Positions 10,436-18,308 of a DNA stretch of 32,000 nucleotides are shown piece by piece. The notes under the pieces were generated by a model. It searched no databases and was not told where the DNA came from. It saw only the letters and a list, made by a program, of their open reading frames with translations. The DNA is from Pseudomonas phage PAN70. The stretch is from the sequence record KJ959591.1, one strand, 5' to 3'. The stretch's first letter is position 1. Each line of letters starts with the position of its first letter. Position numbers and translations under genes: made by a program.

Positions 10436-11023
10436 ATGACGCCGGCCTGTGTACCCCTGCGCATTGAAAAAGGGGCGACGTTCCGCGACGCACTGCGGAT
10501 CATGCAACCGAGCCTGGTCTATCGGCCGATCACCCAGATCGCGCCGACTGCCCCCGTCCGGCTGACCATCCCTGGGCACGGATTGCCCGGCACGTGGCTG
10601 GCCTGGATCGATGGTGTCCAGGGTATGCCCGATCTGATCCGCGCCCGGTTTCGGCAACTGCCTCACCGGGTCGCGTCCATCGACGACAACACCGTCGAGA
10701 TCAACCTGCTTTCAGCCGTTGGGCTGGCGCCTGTGGGCGGGCAATTGATCTACCAGCCACCCGTCGACCTGGCTGGCGCCGAGGTACGGATGCAGATCCG
10801 CGACGCGCCAGGCGGGACTGTGCTGATGACGCTGGCGCTCGGCTCCGGCCTTGAGATCGCTGGCGCCGGAACGATCTCGCGGGAGATATCGGCCTCCGCC
10901 ACCGCGGCGTTGGCATGGTCGTCGGCGGTCTACGACGTGGACGTGACATACCCAGATGGCACGGTCCACCGCTACTACAGCGGACCGATCACTGTGAGCC
11001 GTGGGGGAGGGTGCGATGGATGA
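10436..11023 (+). CDS. hypothetical tail-associated protein
   Basis: MTPACVPLRIEKGATFRDALRIMQPS...; SD AAGGAG; overlaps next ORF. Confidence 0.6.
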   Translation: MTPACVPLRIEKGATFRDALRIMQPSLVYRPITQIAPTAPVRLTIPGHGLPGTWLAWIDGVQGMPDLIRARFRQLPHRVASIDDNTVEINLLSAVGLAPVGGQLIYQPPVDLAGAEVRMQIRDAPGGTVLMTLALGSGLEIAGAGTISREISASATAALAWSSAVYDVDVTYPDGTVHRYYSGPITVSRGGGCDG

Positions 11024-11207
11024 CGCCGCCGAGCCCTGGGCGCTGGCGATCGAGGTTGATTGCGAGCCGCTGGTGCTCAGCGAGATGCAGGAATACGCGG
11101 TCACCGTGACGCCGCCGGCCGATGTGCTGGTCGTTGTGGCTGGTGATCAGGGGCCGCCCGGCAGGGACGGCGTAGATGGCGCCCAGTGGGCACAAAGCGA
11201 GTGGTGA
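11016..11207 (+). CDS. small protein with short collagen-like segment
   Basis: MDDAAEPWALAIEVDCEPL...DQGPPGRDGVDGAQ. Confidence 0.55.
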   Translation: MDDAAEPWALAIEVDCEPLVLSEMQEYAVTVTPPADVLVVVAGDQGPPGRDGVDGAQWAQSEW

Positions 11208-11209
11208 AC

Positions 11210-11770
11210 ATGGCTCAGATTCAATTTTTCAAGGTTGCGACGCTGCCGGGCACACTGCAGCCGGACAGTTTCTACTTCGTCGAGAACGGCAGCTACTCGG
11301 AGTCCTACCTGACCAACAGCGCGGGAGTGGCGCGCTCGATCGGCAACAGCGCGATGATCAACGCGCTGATAAACGAGGCGCTGGCCAGCCTGCCCGGCAC
11401 CGGCGCGCCGATCCTGTTCGTAGCCGATATCGCTGCACGCGATGCCCTGGAGCCTGAGGGCGCAATATTCGTCCTGGTTCAAGATGCGAGCGCGGACCCG
11501 ACAGTCGAATCCGGAGCTGCGCTGTACGCATGGAACCCTGCGACCAGCGCCTGGCTGAAGGTGGCCGAGTATGAGTCGATGGACGTCGAGCTCAACTGGG
11601 ACGCGATCAACGGGCGCCCGACGTCGACGCCGGCGCAGATCGACACTGCTGTTTCCCAGGCGCACACGCACGCGAACAAGTCGGCGCTGGACAAGTTCAG
11701 CGAGGATGGCGGCCTGGTTCGGTTCGGCGGGCAGCCGATTCCGGCGGAGTGGAACGGGGCGGCCTGGTAA
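11210..11770 (+). CDS. tail fiber-associated protein
   Basis: MAQIQFFKVATLPGTLQPDSFYFVENGSYSESYLTNSAGV...; HTHANKSALDKFSEDGG fiber motif. Confidence 0.65.
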   Translation: MAQIQFFKVATLPGTLQPDSFYFVENGSYSESYLTNSAGVARSIGNSAMINALINEALASLPGTGAPILFVADIAARDALEPEGAIFVLVQDASADPTVESGAALYAWNPATSAWLKVAEYESMDVELNWDAINGRPTSTPAQIDTAVSQAHTHANKSALDKFSEDGGLVRFGGQPIPAEWNGAAW

Positions 11771-12052
11771 ATGGCCGTCCTCCAGACCCACAAGGTCGTC
11801 GCGCAACTGCCTGCCGCGCTGGAGCCGAACGCGATCTACTTCGTCCGGCGGAGCACCGGATACGACCAGTTCGTCACCAACGGCGCCGGGGTGGTGGTGG
11901 CCTATCCGATGAACGTCCGCATCCCCGCGGCTGTTCCTGGGTATCTCGCCGATGGCTCCATGCTTCGGCTCACGATGAACCCTGACGGCCAACTGCCGGC
12001 GTACACCGCCACCGGCGCTCAACTCAACATTCAGGTGCTTTTCAATGGCTGA
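11771..12052 (+). CDS. tail fiber-associated protein with N-terminus similar to the preceding one
   Basis: HKVVAQLPAALEPNAIYFVRRSTGYDQFVTNGAGVVVAY, parallel to the 11210 ORF N-terminus. Confidence 0.6.
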   Translation: MAVLQTHKVVAQLPAALEPNAIYFVRRSTGYDQFVTNGAGVVVAYPMNVRIPAAVPGYLADGSMLRLTMNPDGQLPAYTATGAQLNIQVLFNG

Positions 12053-12608
12053 TGTACGCCCGACGAAACTCCAGGCCGACGGCAACGGCTACGGCAGTCT
12101 CCGCGAGTTCGCCGACGGCGACACGGTGCCGGTTGCGCTTGGCGGCACAGGCGCTGCAACTGCCGCTGGCGCGCGCACGTCCCTTGGGCTTGGGAGTGCT
12201 GCAGTTAGAGCTGCCCTGGGTTCAACTGGGGCTTTGTACTCTCGAGACAGCATTCTGGGCGCCGTTTCGCAGTCGAGCGGCGTACCGACTGGCGCGGTGA
12301 TCCAGCGTGGCAGCAACGCGAATGGTGAGTTCGTTCGGTTTGCAGATGGAACTCAGATTTGCATACGCCAAATCACGGGGTCTGGTAGCAACTACCAAGC
12401 AGGGCCCAACACAGTGCAGTTGGCGGCTGAGTTTATCGGAGGATCCTCATATAGCCTCATCGTCAACTGGATACCGTTCAGCGGCTGGCCATCGGCTGCG
12501 GCGGGGGTTAGGGGCGGCTACATGGGCGGGGACCAAGTTACTTTCTACTTGAATGAAGACCTTGGTACTAACGGGTTGAGCATTATGGTTGTGGGGAGGT
12601 GGTTCTGA
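12045..12608 (+). CDS. tail fiber / receptor-binding tip protein
   Basis: VALGGTGAATAAGARTSLGLGSAA hinge, then RFADGTQICIRQ... C-terminal tip. Confidence 0.8.
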   Translation: MADVRPTKLQADGNGYGSLREFADGDTVPVALGGTGAATAAGARTSLGLGSAAVRAALGSTGALYSRDSILGAVSQSSGVPTGAVIQRGSNANGEFVRFADGTQICIRQITGSGSNYQAGPNTVQLAAEFIGGSSYSLIVNWIPFSGWPSAAAGVRGGYMGGDQVTFYLNEDLGTNGLSIMVVGRWF

Positions 12609-12910
12609 TGATCATCAAGTTGTCACCGTTTGCTCCGCTGCCGGGAAGCGACGAGCGCCTGTCACTGAGCAGGGCTGGCGATGTACTCACCGTGAACGGC
12701 CAGGCGTTCGACTTCACTCCCCTCCCGGAGGGCGGCGAGTTGCCGACCGAGGCCATTGGATCGGAGTTATTCGCTGGTCCTGTGGCGCGAAGGGATGGCC
12801 GGCTGGAACTAACCCTGCGGTTCCCGCTGGCCGCTGATGCCAGTGCCGCCGCTCGCTTCCCGGAGCCGTTGCTGATAGAGACCGATGGCCCGGTGGAGTT
12901 ACCGCGATGA
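12608..12910 (+). CDS. hypothetical protein of tail module
   Basis: MIIKLSPFAPLPGSDERLSLSRAG...; 4-bp overlap with next gene. Confidence 0.6.
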   Translation: MIIKLSPFAPLPGSDERLSLSRAGDVLTVNGQAFDFTPLPEGGELPTEAIGSELFAGPVARRDGRLELTLRFPLAADASAAARFPEPLLIETDGPVELPR

Positions 12911-13149
12911 TCGACTGGAGCCAGGTAAAGACCGCTGAACAGCAGGCGCAAGAACGCTGGCAGGCTGAGTACGATGCCGCAGCCGCGGCGCGGGCGAATG
13001 CCTACCGCCTGGAGAGTGACCCGCTCAAGACCGAGGCCGAGTTCGACGCTATCAAGGCCGGCGTGGAACCGGACTACTCTGCCTGGATCGCCAAGGTCGA
13101 GGAGATCAAGGCCAGGTATCCGCTGCCTGAAGAGATAAGAGCAGAGTAG
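12907..13149 (+). CDS. tail fiber assembly-like small protein
   Basis: MIDWSQVKTAEQQAQERWQAEYDAAAAARANAYRLESDPLKTEAEFDAIK. Confidence 0.6.
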   Translation: MIDWSQVKTAEQQAQERWQAEYDAAAAARANAYRLESDPLKTEAEFDAIKAGVEPDYSAWIAKVEEIKARYPLPEEIRAE

Positions 13150-13151
13150 CC

Positions 13152-13177
13152 AGCCCGCCGAATGCGGGCTTTTTTTT
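13152..13177 (+). terminator. rho-independent terminator at the end of the tail operon
   Basis: AGCCCGC-cgaat-GCGGGCT followed by T-run. Confidence 0.9.
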
Positions 13178-13183
13178 GGGCCC

Positions 13184-13203
13184 AGGTCAGCAGCTGCTGA
13201 CCT
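13184..13203. repeat. 20-bp perfect palindrome
   Basis: AGGTCAGCAGCTGCTGACCT. Confidence 0.95.
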
Positions 13204-13231
13204 TGCCCGGCACACGCAACACAAAGAAGAG

Positions 13232-13271
13232 GGCGATTCCCACAGGTGCTGGAACACCAGTGGGAATCGCC
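13232..13271. repeat. 40-bp near-perfect inverted repeat
   Basis: GGCGATTCCCAC-a-GGTG-ctggaa-CACC-a-GTGGGAATCGCC. Confidence 0.95.
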
Positions 13272-13360
13272 GACCAGCAGAACCAGCCTGCAAGCCAGCC
13301 AAGGCCCCCTGCTCACGCGCGAGCGCGGCGGAGCCTAGCAGTTTTGAAAAGGTTTTGCAG

Positions 13361-13579
13361 ATGAAAGAAATCCGCTGCGGCAGCTGCAGCCGGCTTCTGG
13401 CCCGCGCGGCCGGAGCCTATTCCCTCCAAATCAAGTGCCCTCGCTGCAGGACACTGAATAGCTTGACAGCCACGAGCTGCGCCTCAGAACGCCCGCGAGC
13501 GTCCACCAATAGGAACGCTTGTGGCTCAACAGAAACCGAGCTATTACCCTCCTCAACCGGGCGCCTGGGCGGCGCCTGA
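13361..13579 (+). CDS. com: Com-like zinc-finger translational regulator
   Basis: MKEIRCGSCSRLLARAAGAYSLQIKCPRCRTLNSL, two CxxC pairs as in Mu Com; 3' end overlaps mom-like gene. Confidence 0.85.
   Translation: MKEIRCGSCSRLLARAAGAYSLQIKCPRCRTLNSLTATSCASERPRASTNRNACGSTETELLPSSTGRLGGA
13493..13524 (+). promoter_or_regulatory. translation-inhibitory stem-loop over the mom-like ribosome binding site
   Basis: CCGCGAGCGTCC / GG(a)ACGCTTGTGG pair across 7-nt loop accaata, covering SD GGA and GTG start 13521. Confidence 0.75.
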
Positions 13580-14288
13580 GTCCCTCAACCCTGGCTACAT
13601 CCATGGCGCAGACGGCGTAGCAGGGTTCGGCCATCGTAATTTCTATGTCGCGGTGATCCCCCGGGCCCTAGCCTGCGGCCTCATCATCAAGTACCACTAC
13701 TCTCGTCGCATCGTCGCGAACTCCTACATACACCTTGGTGTCTGGGTCGGCGGTGAGATGCGCGGCGTCTTGCAGTATGGATATGCGATGAATCCCCGGG
13801 CGGTCGGCAAGATCGTGGCCGGCACAGAGATCGGACAGTACCTGGAACTGAACCGCATGTGGCTCGATGATGTTGCCCCTCGCAACAGCGAAAGCCAGGC
13901 GATCAGCTACAGCATCAAGTACATCCGTCGAGCTTGCCCCACTGTGGCATGGATTCAGTCGTTTGCCGACGAGCGATGTGGAGGCTGGGGTGTTGTCTAC
14001 CAGGCAGCGAACTTCCACTACTTCGGCCATCACATGAAGGCTTTCTACGAACTCGACGGAGAGTTCTACCACTCGATGCTCTTGACCTTGAGGCGTAATC
14101 GCTCTGGAGGACGTGGCGAGTACCTACGGAACAACATCCATCGGGCGACTGAGCATCGCCTGAAGCAGTTTCGGTACATCTACATGGTGAAGCCGAAATG
14201 GCTGAAGCGATGCAGGGTCCAGCCCCTGCCGTACCCGAAGCCGGGGCAGCCGCTACCCAACAGGCGCAGGCGGGTAGCGTCGAAATAG
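13521..14288 (+). CDS. mom: Mom-like adenine-modification (GNAT-related) protein, GTG start
   Basis: IIKYHYSRRIVANSYIHLGVWVGGEMRGVLQYG...ELNRMWLDDVAPRNSESQAISYSIKYIRR; overlaps com-like gene by 59 nt. Confidence 0.85.
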   Translation: MAQQKPSYYPPQPGAWAAPESLNPGYIHGADGVAGFGHRNFYVAVIPRALACGLIIKYHYSRRIVANSYIHLGVWVGGEMRGVLQYGYAMNPRAVGKIVAGTEIGQYLELNRMWLDDVAPRNSESQAISYSIKYIRRACPTVAWIQSFADERCGGWGVVYQAANFHYFGHHMKAFYELDGEFYHSMLLTLRRNRSGGRGEYLRNNIHRATEHRLKQFRYIYMVKPKWLKRCRVQPLPYPKPGQPLPNRRRRVASK

Positions 14289-14311
14289 ACGAGCCCCGGC
14301 CCTTCGTGCGG

Positions 14312-14538
14312 TTACGCCAAATTTACGCCACCAGAAACGAAAAAGCCCGCAAAATCAAATGCTTGCGGGCTTTTGTTGGTGCCTCGGGAGGGCACCTAGG
14401 CTAACTCAGTAGGATCCCGAAATTTCCTGCGTTTTCCTGTAACAGCCTGATTTACTGGGGGTTTACTTTGCTGCGTCCCGGCAGCCTCCAGCAGCTTGGC
14501 GTAATTTCCTGATACCCTTTACGCCAAATTTACGCCAA
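14312..14538. promoter_or_regulatory. putative attP region with integrase arm-type sites
   Basis: TTACGCCAAATTTACGCCA at 14312-14330 and again at 14519-14537, plus inverted TTGGCGTAA at 14496-14504; adjacent to integrase. Confidence 0.7.
14339..14376. terminator. likely bidirectional terminator
   Basis: AAAAAGCCCGCAA...TTGCGGGCTTTT. Confidence 0.75.
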
Positions 14539-14550
14539 GCGGGGCATGTG

Positions 14551-15548
14551 GTGGCAACGTACAGAAAGCGAAGCGGCGGATGGCGCGCCGAGGTGGCAAA
14601 GAAAGGCGTTCGAGACTCCGGCACCTTCTCCACCAAGGCCGAGGCGGTGGCCTGGGCGACTCAGCGGGAGGCCGAGATTCTGGCGGGAGTTGGAAGCCTA
14701 AAGGGGCATCGAACTTCACTCTGAAGGAGGCGCTGGAGAAATACAAGGATGAAGTCTCACCCACTAAGGCCGGCAAACGCTGGGAAGAGATCCGACTCGA
14801 CAAGCTGGTCAATGACTTGGAATTCGTCGGCGAGCGCATCTGTGATATCGGCGCCGATCAGATCGCAGCATGGCGCGATCACCGATTGAAGTCGGTGGCC
14901 ACGTCGTCTGTGCGTCGCGAAATGACGTTGCTGTCGAGCGTGTTCGAGCAGGCGCGCCGGGAGTGGAGATGGTGCCCGACCAACCCTGTTCGCGAGGTGC
15001 GGCGCCCGAAGAGCCGGCCGCCGCGGGACAGGCGCATTTCGGCTGCCGAGGAAACCCTGATCCTTGAGGGGCTTGGGTATCAGGAGGGGGTAGCGCCGAC
15101 CGGCAAGATGCAGGAGCTTGCCTACGCTTTTCTGATCGCCCTGGAGACGGCTATGCGGCAGGGCGAGATCCTCGGCCTCGTTGCTGCCCGGGTCCACTTG
15201 AGGGCCCGCTACGTCGAACTTGACAAGACGAAGAACGGCGATGCCCGTAAGGTGCCGCTCAGTTCCCGTGCGGTAACCTTGCTCCAAGTTCTGGTAGATG
15301 CTGCTGGGAAGCGCCAGAACCTGTTTACGCTGACGTCCGGCTCGGCCGATACCCTCTTTCGAAAGGTGCGGGACAGACAGAAAATCGACGGGCTGAACTT
15401 CCACGACACCCGTCACGAAGCCACCACCAGGCTCGCCAGGAAGCTCGATGTGCTCGACCTGGCCAGAATGACGGGACATCGTGACCCGCGGTCGCTCATG
15501 GTCTACTACAACGCGACTGCAACCGAGGTAGCGAGCCGGCTTGATTAA
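14551..15548 (+). CDS. int: tyrosine-family site-specific integrase, interrupted by a -1 lesion around 14680-14706
   Basis: N-terminal frame VATYRKRSGGWRAEVAKKGVRDSGTFSTKAEAVAWATQREAEILAG; C-terminal frame has R...HDTRHEATTRLARK...LDLARMTGHRDPRSLMVYYN. Confidence 0.9.
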
Positions 15549-15569
15549 GTGCTCGGCGACCGCCCCGCA

Positions 15570-15875
15570 TTATCTGCGGGGCTTCCCCTTCGGCAGCTTA
15601 CTGCTGTTCTGTCTAGCCCACCTTTTCACGTCTACCGCAAACCACCGTTTGGACGCCTTGACCGTCCCGCACGGCTGTAGCGGGTCAGGAAAGTCCGGCC
15701 GAGTTACCACACGACCTTCAATCGTGGCCGGTGACAGCTTGAGGTACTCGCCGATTTCTTTCGTGGTCCAGAGTTCGTCCTCTGGAGCCACTTTCGGGCC
15801 GCGCAGGTGTGCCAGCAGGTCGCGGATGGCGCCGGCCAGGTCCTGTTCTGGGGCCTGGTGATTCTCTTCGATCAT
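15570..15875 (-). CDS. helix-turn-helix DNA-binding protein, possible excisionase
   Basis: ELWTTKEIGEYLKLSPATIEGRVVTRPDFPDPLQPCGTVKASKRWFAVDVKRWARQ; adjacent to int, convergent. Confidence 0.7.
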   Translation of the reverse strand: MIEENHQAPEQDLAGAIRDLLAHLRGPKVAPEDELWTTKEIGEYLKLSPATIEGRVVTRPDFPDPLQPCGTVKASKRWFAVDVKRWARQNSSKLPKGKPRR

Positions 15876-16585
15876 GTCTTACTCCTTTCATTGCGCACCG
15901 CGCCGCAGACTTCAGGCTTTCGCTCGACTGTGCGGATTGATCCGTCCTGGCTGTGGACGGTGAGTGCCGGTCGCCGAATCTGCACCGTTCCATCTGGCGC
16001 CATCTCCTGCCGCGGGGCACCGTAGAAAGGGCCGCCCGGGGCGAACGGATCGGGAATTGCCGACGGATTCTCAAGCAGGAACCTCTGGAACAGGTTCTGG
16101 ACCGCTGCGGTAAGGGGTCCCGTGTTCCCTCGGTTGGAGCGGCCGCTCTTGTGGTCTGCGCTGTCCTCGAACTCCCCACCAATCCAGAGCAGGCCGCCAA
16201 CGACTCCGGCGTCGCCCGCGCAGGCCTCGGCAGCCTCGGCACGGTGGGCATGATTCACCCCCAGGAGATCGCACAGGTCGTCAAACGACAGGGCCTGCTC
16301 GATCATTGCTGAGTTTCCGATAAGCCAAGCACCGCTCTCCTCCATGGCTTGTCTCGCAGCTCTGGTGCGATCCAGATATGCCGCTCGCTCGCGCTCAAGC
16401 GCCTGCTCGGTGAACGGCATGCCCTTGAGGAGCCTCCGACACACCTGGCGATACTCGGCGAAGCTGGTGTTGCGATCGGCGCACACCGCGCGGACGAACA
16501 TCCGGAGGGCCGCCAAACGGACGCGCAGGTTACGGCGACTGTCGGCGTAGATATCGATCAGCCTGTGCAACGTTGCGCCCTTCAT
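15872..16585 (-). CDS. hypothetical early phage protein
   Basis: MKGATLHRLIDIYADSRRNLRVRLAALRMFVRAVCADR...; ATGA coupling with next gene. Confidence 0.7.
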   Translation of the reverse strand: MKGATLHRLIDIYADSRRNLRVRLAALRMFVRAVCADRNTSFAEYRQVCRRLLKGMPFTEQALERERAAYLDRTRAARQAMEESGAWLIGNSAMIEQALSFDDLCDLLGVNHAHRAEAAEACAGDAGVVGGLLWIGGEFEDSADHKSGRSNRGNTGPLTAAVQNLFQRFLLENPSAIPDPFAPGGPFYGAPRQEMAPDGTVQIRRPALTVHSQDGSIRTVERKPEVCGAVRNERSKT

Positions 16586-16773
16586 GACCGGCTCTCCTTG
16601 TTCGTGTCGCAGATCCGCAGGTCGACGCCGCAGGCCTGGACCAGTTCGGTCAACTCGCCGAGCTTGGTGTTGGGGTTCTGCATCGCCTGGCCCAGGCGGA
16701 CCAACTGCTGGCCGAGGGTGGCGAGCGGGGTAGGGCGATACCCTGGTGGTGGTGGAATATCGGAGCCTCTCAT
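16582..16773 (-). CDS. small hypothetical protein
   Basis: MRGSDIPPPPGYRPTPLATLGQQLVRLGQAMQNPNTKLGELTELVQACGVDLRICDTNKESRS; 4-bp overlap downstream. Confidence 0.55.
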   Translation of the reverse strand: MRGSDIPPPPGYRPTPLATLGQQLVRLGQAMQNPNTKLGELTELVQACGVDLRICDTNKESRS

Positions 16774-16889
16774 CACTGGCATACCTCCCAGATGAACAGG
16801 GTCTTGAACGGCTGGAGCGCGGTGCCGGCGGCAACCGCAGCCAGGCCAAACAGCGCGACGAGTGCGATGGCGGTCAGTGCTTTTCTCAT
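16773..16889 (-). CDS. 38-aa single-span membrane micro-protein
   Basis: MRKALTAIALVALFGLAAVAAGTALQPFKTLFIWEVCQ, read directly from the minus strand; too short for the ORF track. Confidence 0.6.
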   Translation of the reverse strand: MRKALTAIALVALFGLAAVAAGTALQPFKTLFIWEVCQ

Positions 16890-17206
16890 GCATCACCCAG
16901 TAGGAGTCGCATCGCCGCGTAGGTTTCGGGGGCTCCCCTGCTGCGTTGCCAGTCCAGCCCAGCTTCTTGCAGGAAAAGGTTGGTGAGCTTTCCCCAACTG
17001 CTCGCCAGTGCGGCCCACTCCTGGCTGTGCTGGGCCATCTCGCGGATGCGTGGCGCCCATTCAGGGATCAGGTTCAGCAGAAGCAGGCAGCGATTCAGAT
17101 CATCCGGGTCATGGGGATAGCCGCGTGATGGCGTTCCATGGGCAGACCGAGCATGTGATCGTGGATGGCCCGCGAAGACGCTCCCACTTGACCGTCCCTC
17201 AGCCAT
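16886..17206 (-). CDS. hypothetical protein, start uncertain
   Basis: LNRCLLLLNLIPEWAPRIREMAQHSQEWAALASSWGKLTNLFLQEAGLDWQ; long overlap with upstream gene if the listed start is used. Confidence 0.45.
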   Translation of the reverse strand: MAEGRSSGSVFAGHPRSHARSAHGTPSRGYPHDPDDLNRCLLLLNLIPEWAPRIREMAQHSQEWAALASSWGKLTNLFLQEAGLDWQRSRGAPETYAAMRLLLGDA

Positions 17207-17412
17207 CTCGCGGCCCGCTCCTCGATGGTGCTGCCGGTACCGGGCATGCTGGTGTCGTAGCCCAGCGGGCAGCCGGCGTTATCCAGGGCTTTGACGCAGG
17301 CATCATCGAAACTTGCCAGGTCAACCCGGCCCTGAATCAGGTCGTTCATTACCGGGGTGATAGCGTCGAGCTGGCGCTGGTTGAGGGCATGGCCCTTGAG
17401 GGTGATGCTCAT
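17095..17412 (-). CDS. hypothetical early protein
   Basis: MSITLKGHALNQRQLDAITPVMNDLIQGRVDLASFDDACVKALDNAG. Confidence 0.65.
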   Translation of the reverse strand: MSITLKGHALNQRQLDAITPVMNDLIQGRVDLASFDDACVKALDNAGCPLGYDTSMPGTGSTIEERAARWLRDGQVGASSRAIHDHMLGLPMERHHAAIPMTRMI

Positions 17413-18308
17413 GCGTCACCGCCTTCCGCCGGCGCGGTCCAATTGTGAATGGCCAGTTCCACACGGTCGGTAGCGACGTCAACGCCTGCGCACAGAACCT
17501 CGGCCGACCATTTCGCCATGGCAGCATCGATGGCCTCGTCCAGATCAGCCTCTACCAGGAGGTTGCCGTCCTTGTCCCGCGGGAGAAGGTTGACGACGCT
17601 CTTGTCCATGCGATTGACCTCGCGGGCCAGGTCCGATGCGTAGAGAGCCGTGTTGCGCAGCCACAGGTAGCGCTTGGCGTTCTCGGCCTGCACTTCCCGC
17701 TCCAGCATCTGGTCCATCTCGACGCAGTCCTGGCACTGGCCATGCTGGCGAATGAAGGCCGCTTCGACGCTGTCCCCGGCGAACCAGTGGTTGCAGCGGC
17801 AGAAGGCCGGATCGACTGGTTGTTGCTGGCGCTTCATCTCGGTGACCACCACCTCGACGGCCTCGATCACCGGCACGCCGACGTAGCCGTCCTCGATTGC
17901 CACGCGATCAAGCCAGCGCACCAGAGTTTGGAGGCTTTCGGCCAGTTTGCTGTCGCCCGATCCCGGCGCGGGGTGGGGTCGCTCGCCGGCATTACCCGGT
18001 CCGGAAACAGGTTCGCCGCCAGGATTGCCCGGTTCGGAACTCGCTCCAGCGCCGTCCAGCGCGGCCAGTGCGATCTCTCGCATGTTCGCCGCCGGCATGT
18101 TGTCCTGCTCGGGACAGGGGTACTCGGCGATGGTGCGGAGCGCCAGGACGGCGCGCTCGAGCGGATGCTCTTCTGCAGCCTCGGCGCCGGCCAGGTGCTT
18201 CGCTACCGTTTCCCGGATGACGCGCAGCGCGTTCATGGCCTGGAGCGAGCTACCGTCCTGGCCGAGCTTGGCGGTCAGATCGATCTGTTTAAACAGGGCA
18301 TGGGTCAT
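17409..18308 (-). CDS. hypothetical early protein
   Basis: 299-aa ORF, 4-bp overlaps at both ends. Confidence 0.7.
   Translation of the reverse strand: MTHALFKQIDLTAKLGQDGSSLQAMNALRVIRETVAKHLAGAEAAEEHPLERAVLALRTIAEYPCPEQDNMPAANMREIALAALDGAGASSEPGNPGGEPVSGPGNAGERPHPAPGSGDSKLAESLQTLVRWLDRVAIEDGYVGVPVIEAVEVVVTEMKRQQQPVDPAFCRCNHWFAGDSVEAAFIRQHGQCQDCVEMDQMLEREVQAENAKRYLWLRNTALYASDLAREVNRMDKSVVNLLPRDKDGNLLVEADLDEAIDAAMAKWSAEVLCAGVDVATDRVELAIHNWTAPAEGGDA

Noticed and set aside
11016-11207. Collagen-like repeat protein
   Set aside because: Only about three to four GXX triplets (GPPGRDGVDGAQ); too short to call a collagen domain.
12583-13302. 239-aa minus-strand ORF spanning tail end and palindromes
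   Set aside because: Opposes two well-supported coupled plus-strand genes and crosses their terminator; no domain signature.
14312-15548. Prophage/host boundary (attL or attR) beside the integrase
   Set aside because: Phage genes continue on both sides with no bacterial chromosomal genes, and both arm-site sets are present; it looks like intact attP.
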